A DNA stretch of 62,988 bases, the filler included, from Octopus bimaculoides (Eukaryota): NCBI RefSeq assembly GCF_001194135.2. It is 5 parts of 4 records of this genome, joined end to end, with 100 filler letters (N's around TTAATTAATTAA, not from the genome) between each part and the next. Parts side by side here need not be neighbours in the genome. Positions count along the whole stretch, not along the records: positions 1 to 25,076 come from NC_068985.1; 4 more parts are not named here. The stretch is one strand, 5' to 3'. Positions 1 through 11,560 of the stretch are shown piece by piece. The notes under the pieces were generated by a model. It searched no databases. It was not told where the DNA came from and saw only the letters and a program-made list of their open reading frames with translations. A program made the translations under genes and the position numbers. Position 1 is the stretch's first letter, and the number at the start of each line of letters is the position of its first letter.

Positions 1-25
1 GTTTTTAGATTTCATTATTCTCTTT

Positions 26-55
26 AACCCGGGCAAAGCCGGGTATTTCTGCTAG
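26..55 (+). mobile_element. Helitron 3' terminus
   Basis: CCCGGGCAAAGCCGGG hairpin, then TATTTCTG and CTAG|T; the same motif recurs at 1652, 5694 and 60247. Confidence 0.8.
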
Positions 56-761
56 TATATATATAAAGATGAGAATGTGTGTCTGTCTGTCTGTGTGAAT
101 CCTTAAAACTTGAGAACTACACAACCAATTTCATTCAAATTTTACACATGTCTTACTTACGGTCCAGGTAGTATTTTAGGCCCAAAAATTTTTAACTTCT
201 TGCCTAGTGCGAGCCCAGTGCAATATCACATCTCCTCCACTATTGCAGTATTACGTGTCAAAAGTGAAACAATAACATCTCTCTATTCTAATGTCAGACA
301 CTTTCACTTTAATACTGAAACTATTAAAGTGAAACTATTATCTCACATATATACATTAACTATAAAAACACTGTCTGGTAACATAAAATATAAACTGAAG
401 CTACAACTTATTAAAATATTCTTATTGTTTCTTCAACTTACCGGACAAGGCCTCCTGGCTCCTTTTACTGCAGGCGAAGGAGTAAAAAACAAAGATATTT
501 TGACTTGTCCAGGCATTGTTATTACACACAAATTAACAATTCGACTCGAGTGGTAAACACAAACCAGCTCGTGCTGTCTGCAAAACTCCCGCCAAATTAG
601 CCAGAAACAGACACACACACACACTGCCTAGTGACAACCCAGTACAATATCACATCTCCACTGTTGGAGTATTACATGTCAAAAGTGAAACAACAACATC
701 TCTCTATTGTAATGTCAGATGTTTTCACTTTAAAAGTGAAACTATTATCTCACATATATAC
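56..761 (+). mobile_element. Helitron 5' region (non-autonomous; may extend to the CTAG at 1679)
   Basis: TATATATATAAAGATGAGAATGTGTGTCTGTCTG...AAAACTTGAGAACTACACAACCAATTTCATTCAAATTTTACA is near-identical to the TC-starting copy at 46163. Confidence 0.7.
201..761. repeat. ~140-bp direct repeat (201-353 and 625-761)
   Basis: TGCCTAGTG...CAATATCACATCTCC...GTCAAAAGTGAAAC...GTGAAACTATTATCTCACATATATAC occurs twice. Confidence 0.85.
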
Positions 762-793
762 AGGCAAACACATACTTATATATAATATATGTT

Positions 794-833
794 ATGTATG
801 TATGTATGTATGTATGTATGTATGTATGTATGC

Positions 834-868
<35 letters not shown>

Positions 869-925
869 TATATATATATATATATGTATGTATGTGTGTA
901 TACATCTGCACATATGTATATATAT
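794..925. repeat. (TATG)n/(TA)n compound microsatellite
   Basis: direct reading. Confidence 0.9.
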
Positions 926-1385
926 AGTCTCCAGGTGGTAACATTGATTTCAAGGCCTTCCCAGATGAGTGACTGGTTATTCAAACACATTTATAGATTG
1001 TAAATTTATTTTGTTCAGTTACCTATCGGTATAGTGGTCAGTTACAAACTCCAGAGGCAACACTTTCATTTCCCTTTACTCCAAACATCACACGTTATTT
1101 CAATTGGGTCATGCCCTTCCAATTGCTATAGATCCATAATGCATCTTACGGCTGTGCCTGTCACCTCTATGGTGAGGAATCCTACATTGGGGAGTAGTAA
1201 CCACTAGGCTAGGGTAGCTGACTGATTATCGTGATTATTCATCATTTGGTTTCCTGTAGCTTTGCTCTCATTTACAAACCCAGTAAACATACATATATTT
1301 CCTATTTCAAAGAAATTCAAACAATAGATATAATACCCAAGTCAAAAAGATTCTCAACAATTCAATTTATCTGGTTGACATTAAG

Positions 1386-1428
1386 ACACCCACATTTCAG
1401 AGGTCCATGACCTCCATTTTTCAGGTGC
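1386..1428 (-). ncRNA. decayed type I hammerhead ribozyme motif
   Basis: minus strand GCAC-CTGAAAAAT-GGAGGTC atg GACCTCT-GAAA-TGTGG-GTGT; stems I and II pair, core and stem III are mutated. Confidence 0.5.
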
Positions 1429-1651
1429 AAAATCCTTTTAACAGGTTCCATAAGACTGGAATTTTGGAATCTGCGCACAAAGATCAGTAGTATGGGATAC
1501 ATGTATCATGATTAGAATTTTTTACAGAGTGTAAAGAGGGAAAAAACTCTCATCTGTAATTTTGATTAAATTCGAATCATAGATGATGATGAACTGGAAT
1601 ATTCATTAGAGAAAATATAACAGAAAAGTCTAATTCTTCCATTGCATGTAA

Positions 1652-1679
1652 CACAGGCAACGCTGGGTATCTCTGCTAG
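1652..1679 (+). mobile_element. Helitron 3' terminus
   Basis: CACAGGCAACGCTGGGTATCTCTGCTAG|T. Confidence 0.7.
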
Positions 1680-1683
1680 TATG

Positions 1684-1735
<52 letters not shown>

Positions 1736-1929
1736 CATATATACACACACATACATACATGTAAATATACATATATAAATAGATGTGTGTATTTTTCCCT
1801 TGTTAACAATTAACACGGAAAGAATAGATAAATAGTTACCAGGGTAGCAAAAAAACCACACAAGTAAAAAGCTGTAACAACTTGTTTTTAAAAGTAGAAA
1901 CTCCATGTTTATGTGGAATATTTTGTATA

Positions 1930-3985
1930 ATATATATAAATGAATAAATGGAGTTAAACGCAGGTGTTATTCAAATTCTTTTACTTCCGACACCTGTTTC
2001 AAAGATATCACTGGTATTATTCCAAAGGAATAAAATGGTGTAAAATAATGAAATCTTCTCTTCAGGGAAATGAAGAAATGAAACTCGTCAATAAGACATT
2101 TTAACAGAAAATGATGGATATGTATAGTGATTAACTGAATGCTAATAAGTTTGTTTCAAAAAAACGTTAGATGATATGACGTTAAAGGTAGCCTATAGAA
2201 AAAGGATGGGTAAAAGAAAAAGAAACCAAATAAATGAGAAGTATATAACGATATGTATATTAAATAAAACCATATAGACTTGGAAAAAGATATATTTAGT
2301 GAATGTGAAATATAAGAAGAAAATTATAAATTATATATAATGATAGATATCACTTATATGAACTAAAAGCGTGTTTCTGCCAATGTTTACATCGGTATGC
2401 ACACTCTATAACCGTGTTTACAAGGGGATTTTTAGAAAAAAGAATAAAAAATAGTTCAGAATTACAGAGAAGACAGAATTCCTTGCCTTTGTCACAAGGT
2501 ATCGAGATTGGGAGAATCAACCAATCTACGTTAAATTGTTTATTGTGGTCTTTTAGATACCAAATTAATTTTTAAAGTCCTGTACTGTTATGTTTATTCC
2601 TATCCCTAAATGTAGAGTAATGATTAGAAATTCTTCTAGATAACTGAGAAGATGTGCTAACAATATAAAAAAATACTTCATTACCAGAAGTAATTTTACA
2701 CTGGCATATAGAATTTTTAATTTTAGAGTTATTTGACATAAACTTGATTCTGTTGTAATTGACTTCAAATACAATAACCTTGTTGTCAATATTTCTAGGA
2801 GGATGGATGGTAGCTAAATTAATGTTAGTATTAGTAAATGTATCAATATTTAATAGTTTAATATTTATGTGAAGAGATAATATGTAAGCGATTTTTTGTG
2901 TTAGAAAAACCAATCCTAACCGTGAGTTGATAATAGAGTAATACCTAGAATTCTTTGGAAAATTCCTAATAATAGCATCACAAAACTGCAAAAGTAGATC
3001 AGATTTAATTTGCCTCCCATAAGGAATAATTAACCAAATTGTTTTATTATTAGTTATCTTATTTTTAGTATAACTATCTTTGAAAGACATGAATTTATCA
3101 GAACAAAAATAGGGGAATAAATAAGGGTTATCTCCCTTCCTCTGTTTGGTGTTGGCGTATAAATTAAAATTGATATCGTTTATATCTTTACAACTAGATT
3201 TCATATCTCCATTAGTAAAGGTAGAATAAGATTGAATGGAATTAATGTAGGTAACTTTCTCTGTATAACCTGCTTTAAGTAAGGCAGAGTTATAAAATTC
3301 AACCTTATCGTTGAAAATGTCAACATTAGCAGATAACTAGGACAATTTAATGAAATATTCTTAACTAAGTTCCTAGTAATTGCCCTAGAATCATTACTGA
3401 ATTTGCTAATATACTTAATATTGGTCGATGGTTTATGGTATGGGAAGTCTGAGTTATTATATAAGTGTAATATCTAAAAAGTTGGCCTTCGTTACATCAT
3501 CATCAAAAACGATGCTTAAGCCCATTCTACGGAAAAACTTAACTAAACTATTCTTAGCTTTTTTGTACTTTTTGGTCGGAAACATTTTGAAGGTAAAGTA
3601 AACAATCATCACAATATAGACCTCCATTTATGTTTGGGAACTGTTCTGCCATTTCAAAAAGTATATATATACAGACTAAATCAGCTACTTGTGCTGAATC
3701 AGAACTTCCCATTGTAACACCAAAACCATCTGGTGTGTCTTTATGGACCCACAGCTTATTGTCAAATTTTATGATAGATTTTCTGGCTGCCAACACAACA
3801 TTAATTTCTTCCCTGGTGAGACCAGCTTTGTTGTGAGCAAGCCAAAGTGCCTTATTAAGTACTACTGGGTTGATGGATGAATAAAAACTAGAAATGTCAA
3901 ACTGGATAAACTTAGTGCTCCTCTTACTAGTAATAGAACTAAACCAATCGATGACTGGGAATGAATTGGACCATAAACTAAGTTT
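1930..3985 (-). mobile_element. Penelope-like retroelement (RT plus C-terminal GIY-YIG endonuclease), 5'-truncated, frameshifted
   Basis: RT motifs FIQFDISSFYSSI, VTMGSSDSAQVADLV, GLYCDDCL and NFLDITL; linker KTIWLIIPYG; GIY-YIG region YIVSTSSQLSRRISNHYSTFR...IWYLK...CLLC...RCKH. Confidence 0.9.
1985..2030 (-). ncRNA. decayed hammerhead motif in the PLE 3' region
   Basis: TTCC-(TTTGGA, decayed core)...GAAACAGGTGTC-GGAA; stem I and the GUC site are kept. Confidence 0.4.
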
Positions 3986-3998
3986 TAATTTTTTAATT

Positions 3999-4170
3999 AG
4001 GCGCAGGAGTGGCTGTGTGGTAAGTAGCTTACTTACCAACCACATGGTTCCAGGTTCAGTCCCACTGTGTGGCATCTTGGGCAAGTGTCTTCTACTATAG
4101 CCTCGGGCCGACTAAAGCCTTTTGAGTGGATTTGGTAGACGGAAACTGAAAGAAGCCCATCATATATATG

Positions 4171-4201
<31 letters not shown>

Positions 4202-4395
4202 TTGTGTGTATGTGTTTGTCCCCCTAGCATTGCTTAACAACTGTTGCTGGTGTGCTTATGTCCCCGTCACTTAGCGGTTCGGCAAAAGAGACCGATAGAG
4301 TAAGTACTAGGCTAACAAAGAATAAGTCCCAGGATCGATTTGCTCGACTTAAGGCGATGCTCCAGCATGGCCACAGTCAAATGACTGAAACAAGA
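3999..4395 (+). mobile_element. tRNA-derived SINE, family A
   Basis: AGGCGCAGGAGTGGCTGTGTGGTAAG head with A/B-box-like motifs (GGTTCAGTCCC), central microsatellite, GCTCCAGCATGGCC...GACTGAAACAAG tail; many copies in window. Confidence 0.9.
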
Positions 4396-4874
4396 TTTTG
4401 ACATATGGGGTATCAAAAGATGAAGTACTATTTTGGCTACAAATTAAACTTAATTTTCATTCACATATTTGCATTTCAAAAATTTGACATAATCTTTTCC
4501 ATAAATCAACTATCATAAAAATTTTATACGATGATATCACATTTTCTATATGTGAGTGTAGCTTAAAAGACGTCAATCATCACGACACACACACCTTCAC
4601 TCTCTCACTCTATCTCTCTTTCTCACCCTCTTTCTCTCTCACATACACACGCGCAAGCACGCAAGCATGCACACGCACATACACACACACGTCCATTTCA
4701 TATAGACGTACATACATCTTTCACTTTCTTTCTCTGCTCTTTTCGCTTTCTCTTCTTGCAATTTCTGCTTTCTTTAAATAAATTTTTTATGGATACAACT
4801 GCTTACAAAAATAGGGATTAATGTATAATTTCTTTCTATGTTCATAATTTTTTGTTTACAATATTGGGAAAAAT

Positions 4875-5718
4875 ATGCCACCAAAGAAAAGACGAAATCT
4901 CTCCAGAAACAAGTATAAAGCAAGGAGGATTGTAGTAGACAGAGGTCCAATAGAATAGCTCTCCGAAACAGACTACGTACAAATTCGTTTTTCACTCCTG
5001 AAGCTGTTTTCAAATATGATCCATCCCATTCTTATAAAAAAATAACTCCGTCCAAATTGGTATGCTAAACACAAATTGTCTTTTCTGTAGAGCTTTAAAA
5101 TTTTCAAATGAAACAAATGGTATGTGCTGCTCAGGCGGTCAGGTAACATTGCCAGTACTACCAACTCCTTCTCAACCTCTTATGGATCTTCTAGAAGGCA
5201 TTTCCATTCAGTCAAAGGATTTTCTGAACAATATCACACAATACAACTCTGCAAATGACATAGTTTGGTGCATCTTAGAAGATAGATAAACATGAATTTA
5301 CGACGACATCAAAGTTCAAGAGCAAGTCTATCACCTCATTGGTTCCCTGTTACCCACAAATGAACAACCACAGTTCCTCTAAATTTACTTTATGAGTGAT
5401 GTAGGACAACAAACTCAAAGGAGGTGTCAACATTTCAGATGATGGGTCATGTTAGACACAGCACCGACTACTGAGAAAGAGAATATATCCACTGACAGCT
5501 TCTTGGTGCGTTCAAAAATCACATAACCCCCACAGGTAGGGCCTGAAATACTCCAAACGGATGCATAGCATGTTGCTTAGTCGAATTAGCCCATCATTAA
5601 CTTCACAAATGTTTTGTTGTTAATGTTGCACTTTCCCATATCACCTGTTTCAACATAACTGTAATATATTATATACAAACTATGCCATTTTAATCCCAAG
5701 CAACGCTGGGTATCTCTG

Positions 5719-5722
<4 letters not shown>
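4875..5722 (+). mobile_element. Helitron RepHel N-terminal pseudogene fragment ending in a degenerate Helitron 3' end
   Basis: MPPKKRRNLSR start; ALKFSNETNGMCCSGGQVTLPVLPTP...SKDFLNNITQYNSA; KVQEQVYHLIGSLLP...PQFL*IYF; terminus CCCAAGCAACGCTGGGTATCTCTGCAAA at 5694-5722. Confidence 0.85.
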
Positions 5723-5748
<26 letters not shown>

Positions 5749-5754
<6 letters not shown>

Positions 5755-7868
5755 CAGAATATGGATCTTGTTCAGGTATTCATTGATTTAACAAAGGCCT
5801 TTGATACTGTAAATAGGGCCTGTCTATGGAAAATACTTGGCAAACTTGGATGTCAGGATCACTTTGTATCTATAATTAAATCATTTCATGATGGGATGGA
5901 GGCTTGGGTCAATGCTGGTGGTGGCATGGTGGGACCCATTCCTGTAGAGAATGGTGNNNNNNNNNNNNNNNNNNNNNNNNNNNNNNNNNNNNNNNNNNNN
6001 NNNNNNNNNNNNNNNNNNNNNNNNNNNNNNNNNNNNNNNNNNNNNNNNNNNNNNNNNNNNNNNNNNNNNNNNNNNNNNNNNNNNNNNNNNNNNNNNNNNN
6101 NNNNNNNNNNNNNNNNNNNNNNNNNNNNNNNNNNNNNNNNNNNNNNNNNNNNNNNNNNNNNNNNNNNNNNNNNNNNNNNNNNNNNNNNNNNNNNNNNNNN
6201 NNNNNNNNNNNNNNNNNNNNNNNNNNNNNNNNNNNNNNNNNNNNNNNNNNNNNNNNNNNNNNNNNNNNNNNNNNNNNNNNNNNNNNNNNNNNNNNNNNNN
6301 NNNNNNNNNNNNNNNNNNNNNNNNNNNNNNNNNNNNNNNNNNNNNNNNNNNNNNNNNNNNNNNNNNNNNNNNNNNNNNNNNNNNNNNNNNNNNNNNNNNN
6401 NNNNNNNNNNNNNNNNNNNNNNNNNNNNNNNNNNNNNNNNNNNNNNNNNNNNNNNNNNNNNNNNNNNNNNNNNNNNNNNNNNNNNNNNNNNNNNNNNNNN
6501 NNNNNNNNNNNNNNNNNNNNNNNNNNNNNNNNNNNNNNNNNNNNNNNNNNNNNNNNNNNNNNNNNNNNNNNNNNNNNNNNNNNNNNNNNNNNNNNNNNNN
6601 NNNNNNNNNNNNNNNNNNNNNNNNNNNNNNNNNNNNNNNNNNNNNNNNNNNNNNNNNNNNNNNNNNNNNNNNNNNNNNNNNNNNNNNNNNNNNNNNNNNN
6701 NNNNNNNNNNNNNNNNNNNNNNNNNNNNNNNNNNNNNNNNNNNNNNNNNNNNNNNNNNNNNNNNNNNNNNNNNNNNNNNNNNNNNNNNNNNNNNNNNNNN
6801 NNNNNNNNNNNNNNNNNNNNNNNNNNNNNNNNNNNNNNNNNNNNNATCGATCTTCTGGCCGCCTCTTTAATCTTCGCCGATTTGCTGCCAATTCAAAGGT
6901 TCTCCAGTCTATTATTCATGACCTCCTTTATGCAGATGATTGTGACTTAGTCACTCATACAGTGGATGACATGCAAATACTCATGAATTGCATTTCTGCT
7001 TCTTGCAAGGCATTTGGACTTGGCATTAGCCTGGACAAGACTGTTGTAATGTTCCAGCCTGCACCAGGAAATCCATATGTGAAACCAGCTATCTTGGTTG
7101 AAGGAACAATTTTGAAGGTAGTAGACAAGTTTGCCTACCTGGGCAGCACACTCAGCCATTTTTGCTCCCTGAATGAGGAAATATGTTTCAGGTTGCAGAG
7201 AGCAACTAATTCCTTCTGGTCTCTTCAGTCTCGTGTCTGGTTCCAGTACGGCATAGCAAGGCAAACAAAAGTTGCTGTGTACCGTGCATGTGTACTGACA
7301 TCACTCCTCTACTCATGTGAGACATGGACTCTGTACAAACGTTAGGTAAGGGTCCTTGAACACTTTCATCAGAGATGTCTCAGGCACATTCTCAATGTTG
7401 GCTGGACCTCAAAAATTCCAGACACACAGATCCTGAGGACAGCTGATATCTTGAGTATTGAGACGATGGTGCACAAGCACCGGTTACGTTGGACTAGCCA
7501 CCTTATTAGAATGAAGGATAGCAGGATTCCTAAGCAGATGCTCTATGGAGAACTTGTGAATGGAAGGAGACTCCGGCAGAAACCAAGGTTGCGCTTTAAG
7601 GACTGTGTCAAATCCTCATTAAAGGTCTGTGATATGCAGGACACTGACTGGGAGAACAATGCTTGTCATCGCCACAGATGGAGGAAGCAGATTAAGGAGG
7701 GGATCGACATTTTTGAGAGAGCACGTATCCAGCATGAAGAACTTAAGCGAGCTGCGCGAAAGTGCACCCACCAACGGAGCCACAAATGCAAAATATAAGT
7801 GAGTCCTGGAGCACACAATGTTCCTGAAGGTCGGCAATGGTCTTCCTCGGTCACAAGTGGATGGTCAT
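5749..7868 (+). mobile_element. RTE-clade LINE (RTE-BovB-like), 5'-truncated, interrupted by an N-gap
   Basis: FIDLTKAFDTVNR, DLLYADDCDL, FAYLGSTLS, LLYSCETWTLY, RLRWTSHLIRMKDSRIPKQMLYGEL; one in-frame stop at 7345. Confidence 0.95.
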
Positions 7869-7879
7869 CATATATATAT

Positions 7880-8070
7880 ATATGGGAGAATTTACGAAAA
7901 AAAACAACAATAGACAAGGACAGGTAGTGTAAACAACAAAACAATGTATTAGTTTAACGCTCGGGAATAGAGAAAGTCTTTAACGTTTCGAGCTACGTTC
8001 TTCAACAGAAAGAATACGGAGAAAACCACGAGAAAAACACAGAGAAAAAAAATTGAATGTTTTGGTCAGT
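7880..8070 (-). mobile_element. short hammerhead-bearing PLE-type terminal repeat fragment (copy of 25550-25750)
   Basis: reverse complement aligns over ~190 nt with 25555-25748. Confidence 0.7.
7977..8013 (-). ncRNA. minimal type I hammerhead motif (variant core)
   Basis: TCTTT-CTGTTGA-A-GAAC gta GCTC-GAAA-CGTT-AAAGA. Confidence 0.55.
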
Positions 8071-8084
8071 GATTTATCATGTAT

Positions 8085-8123
8085 ATATACGTATGTCTGT
8101 ATGTATGTATCTATATATATCTA

Positions 8124-8200
<77 letters not shown>

Positions 8201-8252
8201 CTATGTATATATATATATATATATCTATGTATATATGTATGTATGTATATAT
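8085..8252. repeat. (TA)n microsatellite
   Basis: direct reading. Confidence 0.9.
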
Positions 8253-8385
8253 ATCCACTCACAAGGCTTTGGTCAGCCCGAGGCTATAGTAGAAGACACT
8301 TGCCCAAGGTGCCACGCAGTGGGACCAAACCTGGAACCATGTGGTTCATAAGCAAGCTACTTACCACACAGCCACTCCTACGCCT
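8253..8385 (-). mobile_element. SINE family A, 5' part
   Basis: reverse complement of the family A head. Confidence 0.9.
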
Positions 8386-8625
8386 ATATTGTTGATTTCC
8401 CATGAAAAACACAAACATGTGTAGAGAATATAAGAAATTGATCTACATCTCAATCATTAGACTAATGTAATCATGGATAAAATTTTAACTGAGTATATCC
8501 TTTTTTATAACTTGATAAAATATTGCTATGAAAATATTTAAGGGCTCGTTGGAAGTGTCTTCTTAGTACATTGTAACATCATTGTACTGCAGAGTTGTAC
8601 ATATTAAATTATATCTAAAAAATGA

Positions 8626-9040
8626 CAGAAGTAAATCTGAGGAAGTTTAAGTTTTGTGGCACTTAACCAGTATTCTCAGTACCCTTTATACCAGGGAAAA
8701 CATCAAAGTATCCATATTGACCTTTGTCTATTCCTTCAAACAGACCAAAATTAGATCAGCACTACAAGTAACTAGGTTACATATGGGAACTCTTTGAGGC
8801 TAATGAAAGCAATGGACTTGGTCAGCTTGATGAATCTGGATTGGAGGCCTGTAATAAATTGCTCAAAAGATTCAGGACGCATTTAGGGAGAAAGACAGGC
8901 CAGGTTTAAAATTTGAAAGATACAATTCCCAGGTCTTGCTACAATTGTGAAGAAATTAATCAACAATGGAAACAGATTCTACCAGGGTACAAAAATGACA
9001 GAGTAAGAGAACATTCCACAAGATATTGCTCCTTAAGATA
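8626..9040 (+). pseudogene. Transib/RAG1-like transposase C-terminal remnant
   Basis: frame from 8772: LGYIWELFEANESNGLGQLDESGLEACNKLLKRFRTHLGRKTGQV*NLKDT, resembling RAG1 [39 protein letters not shown]; frameshift near 8771, stop at 8907. Confidence 0.65.
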
Positions 9041-11003
9041 AATGAAAGGACTTTTGAAAGAAGTGTCTCAGTGAATTATATTAAATCAAAATCTAAAGAT
9101 TAAATATGAATTATTATTCTGCATCATAGTTTTTGTTGTCAAGTAAATTTTTCTAGATTTTTTTACAAAATGTAGATAATCTATGACACAAATTTTGTCT
9201 AGGAAATCTTTCTTATTGACTTTACTTCCTTATTTTATTAGTTATGTTACTGCTGTCCTTTGCCCTTCTACATCTCCATGTCACTTAAAGAAGTAAAAAT
9301 CTCTCAAAAAAAATTAACAAAAATTTGATGAAAAATAGAAAATTATTTTATAAAAGCATATCAAATGTTAAACAATTTTTTGTAAAAAGGGCAAAGGATA
9401 ACTTTGGAATTTTGTATTAACAATTATGGAAAACACCATAAAAGTAAATTTTGCCAGGTTTCTTTGTTTTTCCTTTTTTTTTTTTTTGGTGATTAATTTC
9501 TTCATCACAATTCTAGCAAGACCTGGTATACTTATCTTTCAAATTTTCAATCTTAGCCTGTCTTTCACCCTAAATGTGTCCCTCACGACATAACAAATAT
9601 CTTCAATATTGCTTCTAAAGTTGCAAAAACATATCACAAAAACTTGAATAAAATCCATACTTTAGCCCCTTTTCTTTTCTTAGATGTAAAAACATAACGT
9701 ATTTTTTCTCAAACTAAAATTTTCAAGCCATTTTTTTCATTTTGGCAATTTTTGACTTTATTTGCACATATCTCCCAACTCAAAATAGCATAAAATTTAA
9801 TTTCTTAAAATTGAGCTTTTAGTCTACTTCTTTGTGTGTGTGTGTGTGAGAGAGGGAGAGAGAGCTCAGACATTTATTATAGCTTTCAGAAATTACAACA
9901 AAACACACATGGAAACCTTCAGTTTTTTGACATCCAGCCCTTGGCCCATTATGCTCTGCTTAGTTTAGGTGGCTCAGCTAGCAACAAGTTTCACTCCTAC
10001 TTTGGTTTCAAGGATTTAGCAGTACAAACATTAATTATTCCAATAGTATGAAAATTTACAAATTTACAGAAGGAAAAAAAGACTTCTTCCACCCAGATTA
10101 ACAACGAAAAGCAGATGCACAACAATAGTGGTCATCTTCAAGTAATATTAATGACCTTAATTAGTAAACTAAAAATAGAATATTTGTATGTTGAGAGAAA
10201 TAAGTATTTACTGCAGATTCACAACAATAGGAAGAATTTTGACCTTTATCAACAAGTAAACTAAATTCAGTGTTGAAAGTAGGTGAGTGGAAGAGCGAAG
10301 TCATCATCATTATGGGTTTAACATTTGTTTCATTGGTTAACGAAGCTAATTTACAGTGTCATGTTGTACTAAATACAGTCCAAGTTATGTATGGGGCACT
10401 AGCATAATTTCAGCCATTAGTGGTAGGAGAGAAAGAGAGGCAGACACAGTTACTAAAAGAGGTGTGTATGTGTTTTTATAGCCAGTGTACTGACATTGAG
10501 GGCTGTTCAATGGTCAGACTGGCTAGGTTGCCATATTATCAACTTATGACTGAAAGTAACACAACATTGCCCCAGTGGTTATTATTGAGTGATTTTGTTT
10601 TAGAAGCCTTAATCTATACAGTTCCATGAAAGACAACTGTTCATCAGGGTGTGTAAAAGAAGAGTTATATGGATAGGAGGAGAACCTACACAGAACGACA
10701 GACTGAAAAAAATATTCTTAGTCAGAAAGATAGGCAGGCTGTTCTATTTACTAGAAATTAGTCAAATACACCTCAAATCATACCACATTGGTTTATGTAG
10801 TCTTGGTGACATTAGTTATGGAAAGAAATGGTGGTAACAGTTTCATATGAGATGTCTTTGATAGTAGGCCAGCTCAATCAGGTAAGCATCACCAACAAAA
10901 ACATTCTGACAGCAGGATGTAGAATATGACAGAAATCAATAATGGACAATGATAAAGTTAATATTGCATTAGTTATCAAAAGTCACTTATAAATGTGAGA
11001 GAT

Positions 11004-11560
11004 GAAAAGTGGAACGGTTACTGGGAGGTGAATGCAGATTTATCAGGGTGCCAGAGACTCTTTCCCATCCCAGTTACAAAAAAAACAGACATTTTAATGT
11101 GATGTGAAGGAAAGAAAGTTGTAAATCTAGTCGAGTTAACAGTTCCTCATGAAGATAACATGGATGCTGTTCGGGCTCGAAAGACTGACTGTTATGTAAA
11201 CCTCCTCAAGGAATGTGAAGATGCAGGCTGGAAAGCGGAGCATTTTCCAATCGAAGTTGGATGTAGAGGGTTTGTTGGACACAGTGTGAGACGACTGTTG
11301 TTGTCTTTAGGCCTAACTCGTCGTAAGGTAAATACCACCATGACCGATATCCAAACTACAGTGGAAAAGGCTAGCTACTGGATATGGTTAAAAAGAGACG
11401 ATGAGCGATGGCTAGAGAAATATTAAGCTATATTTAATAACCAGTTGATCTAGCAAGCAACGCCTCATATCAGTGAGGAGTGCTGATGCACATTGATGCC
11501 ATCGAGAGGTAGGCCCCGAAACAGCACGCATTCTCAACTGATGACCCCATACACTTGTTG
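11004..11560 (+). mobile_element. RLE-type LINE 3' end (HERO-like) with restriction-like endonuclease and 3' UTR
   Basis: DILM*CEGKKVVNLVELTVPHEDNM...Y..L..EC...GW...FPIEVGCRGF...EKASYWIWLKR. Confidence 0.8.

Noticed and set aside
631-1003. ORFs rich in YI/CV/HT repeats here and throughout, and X-filled ORFs
   Set aside because: Translations of microsatellites or N-gaps.
3999-4075. tRNA-like heads of SINEs A and C
   Set aside because: A/B boxes are present but there is no complete cloverleaf; these are SINE heads, not tRNA genes.
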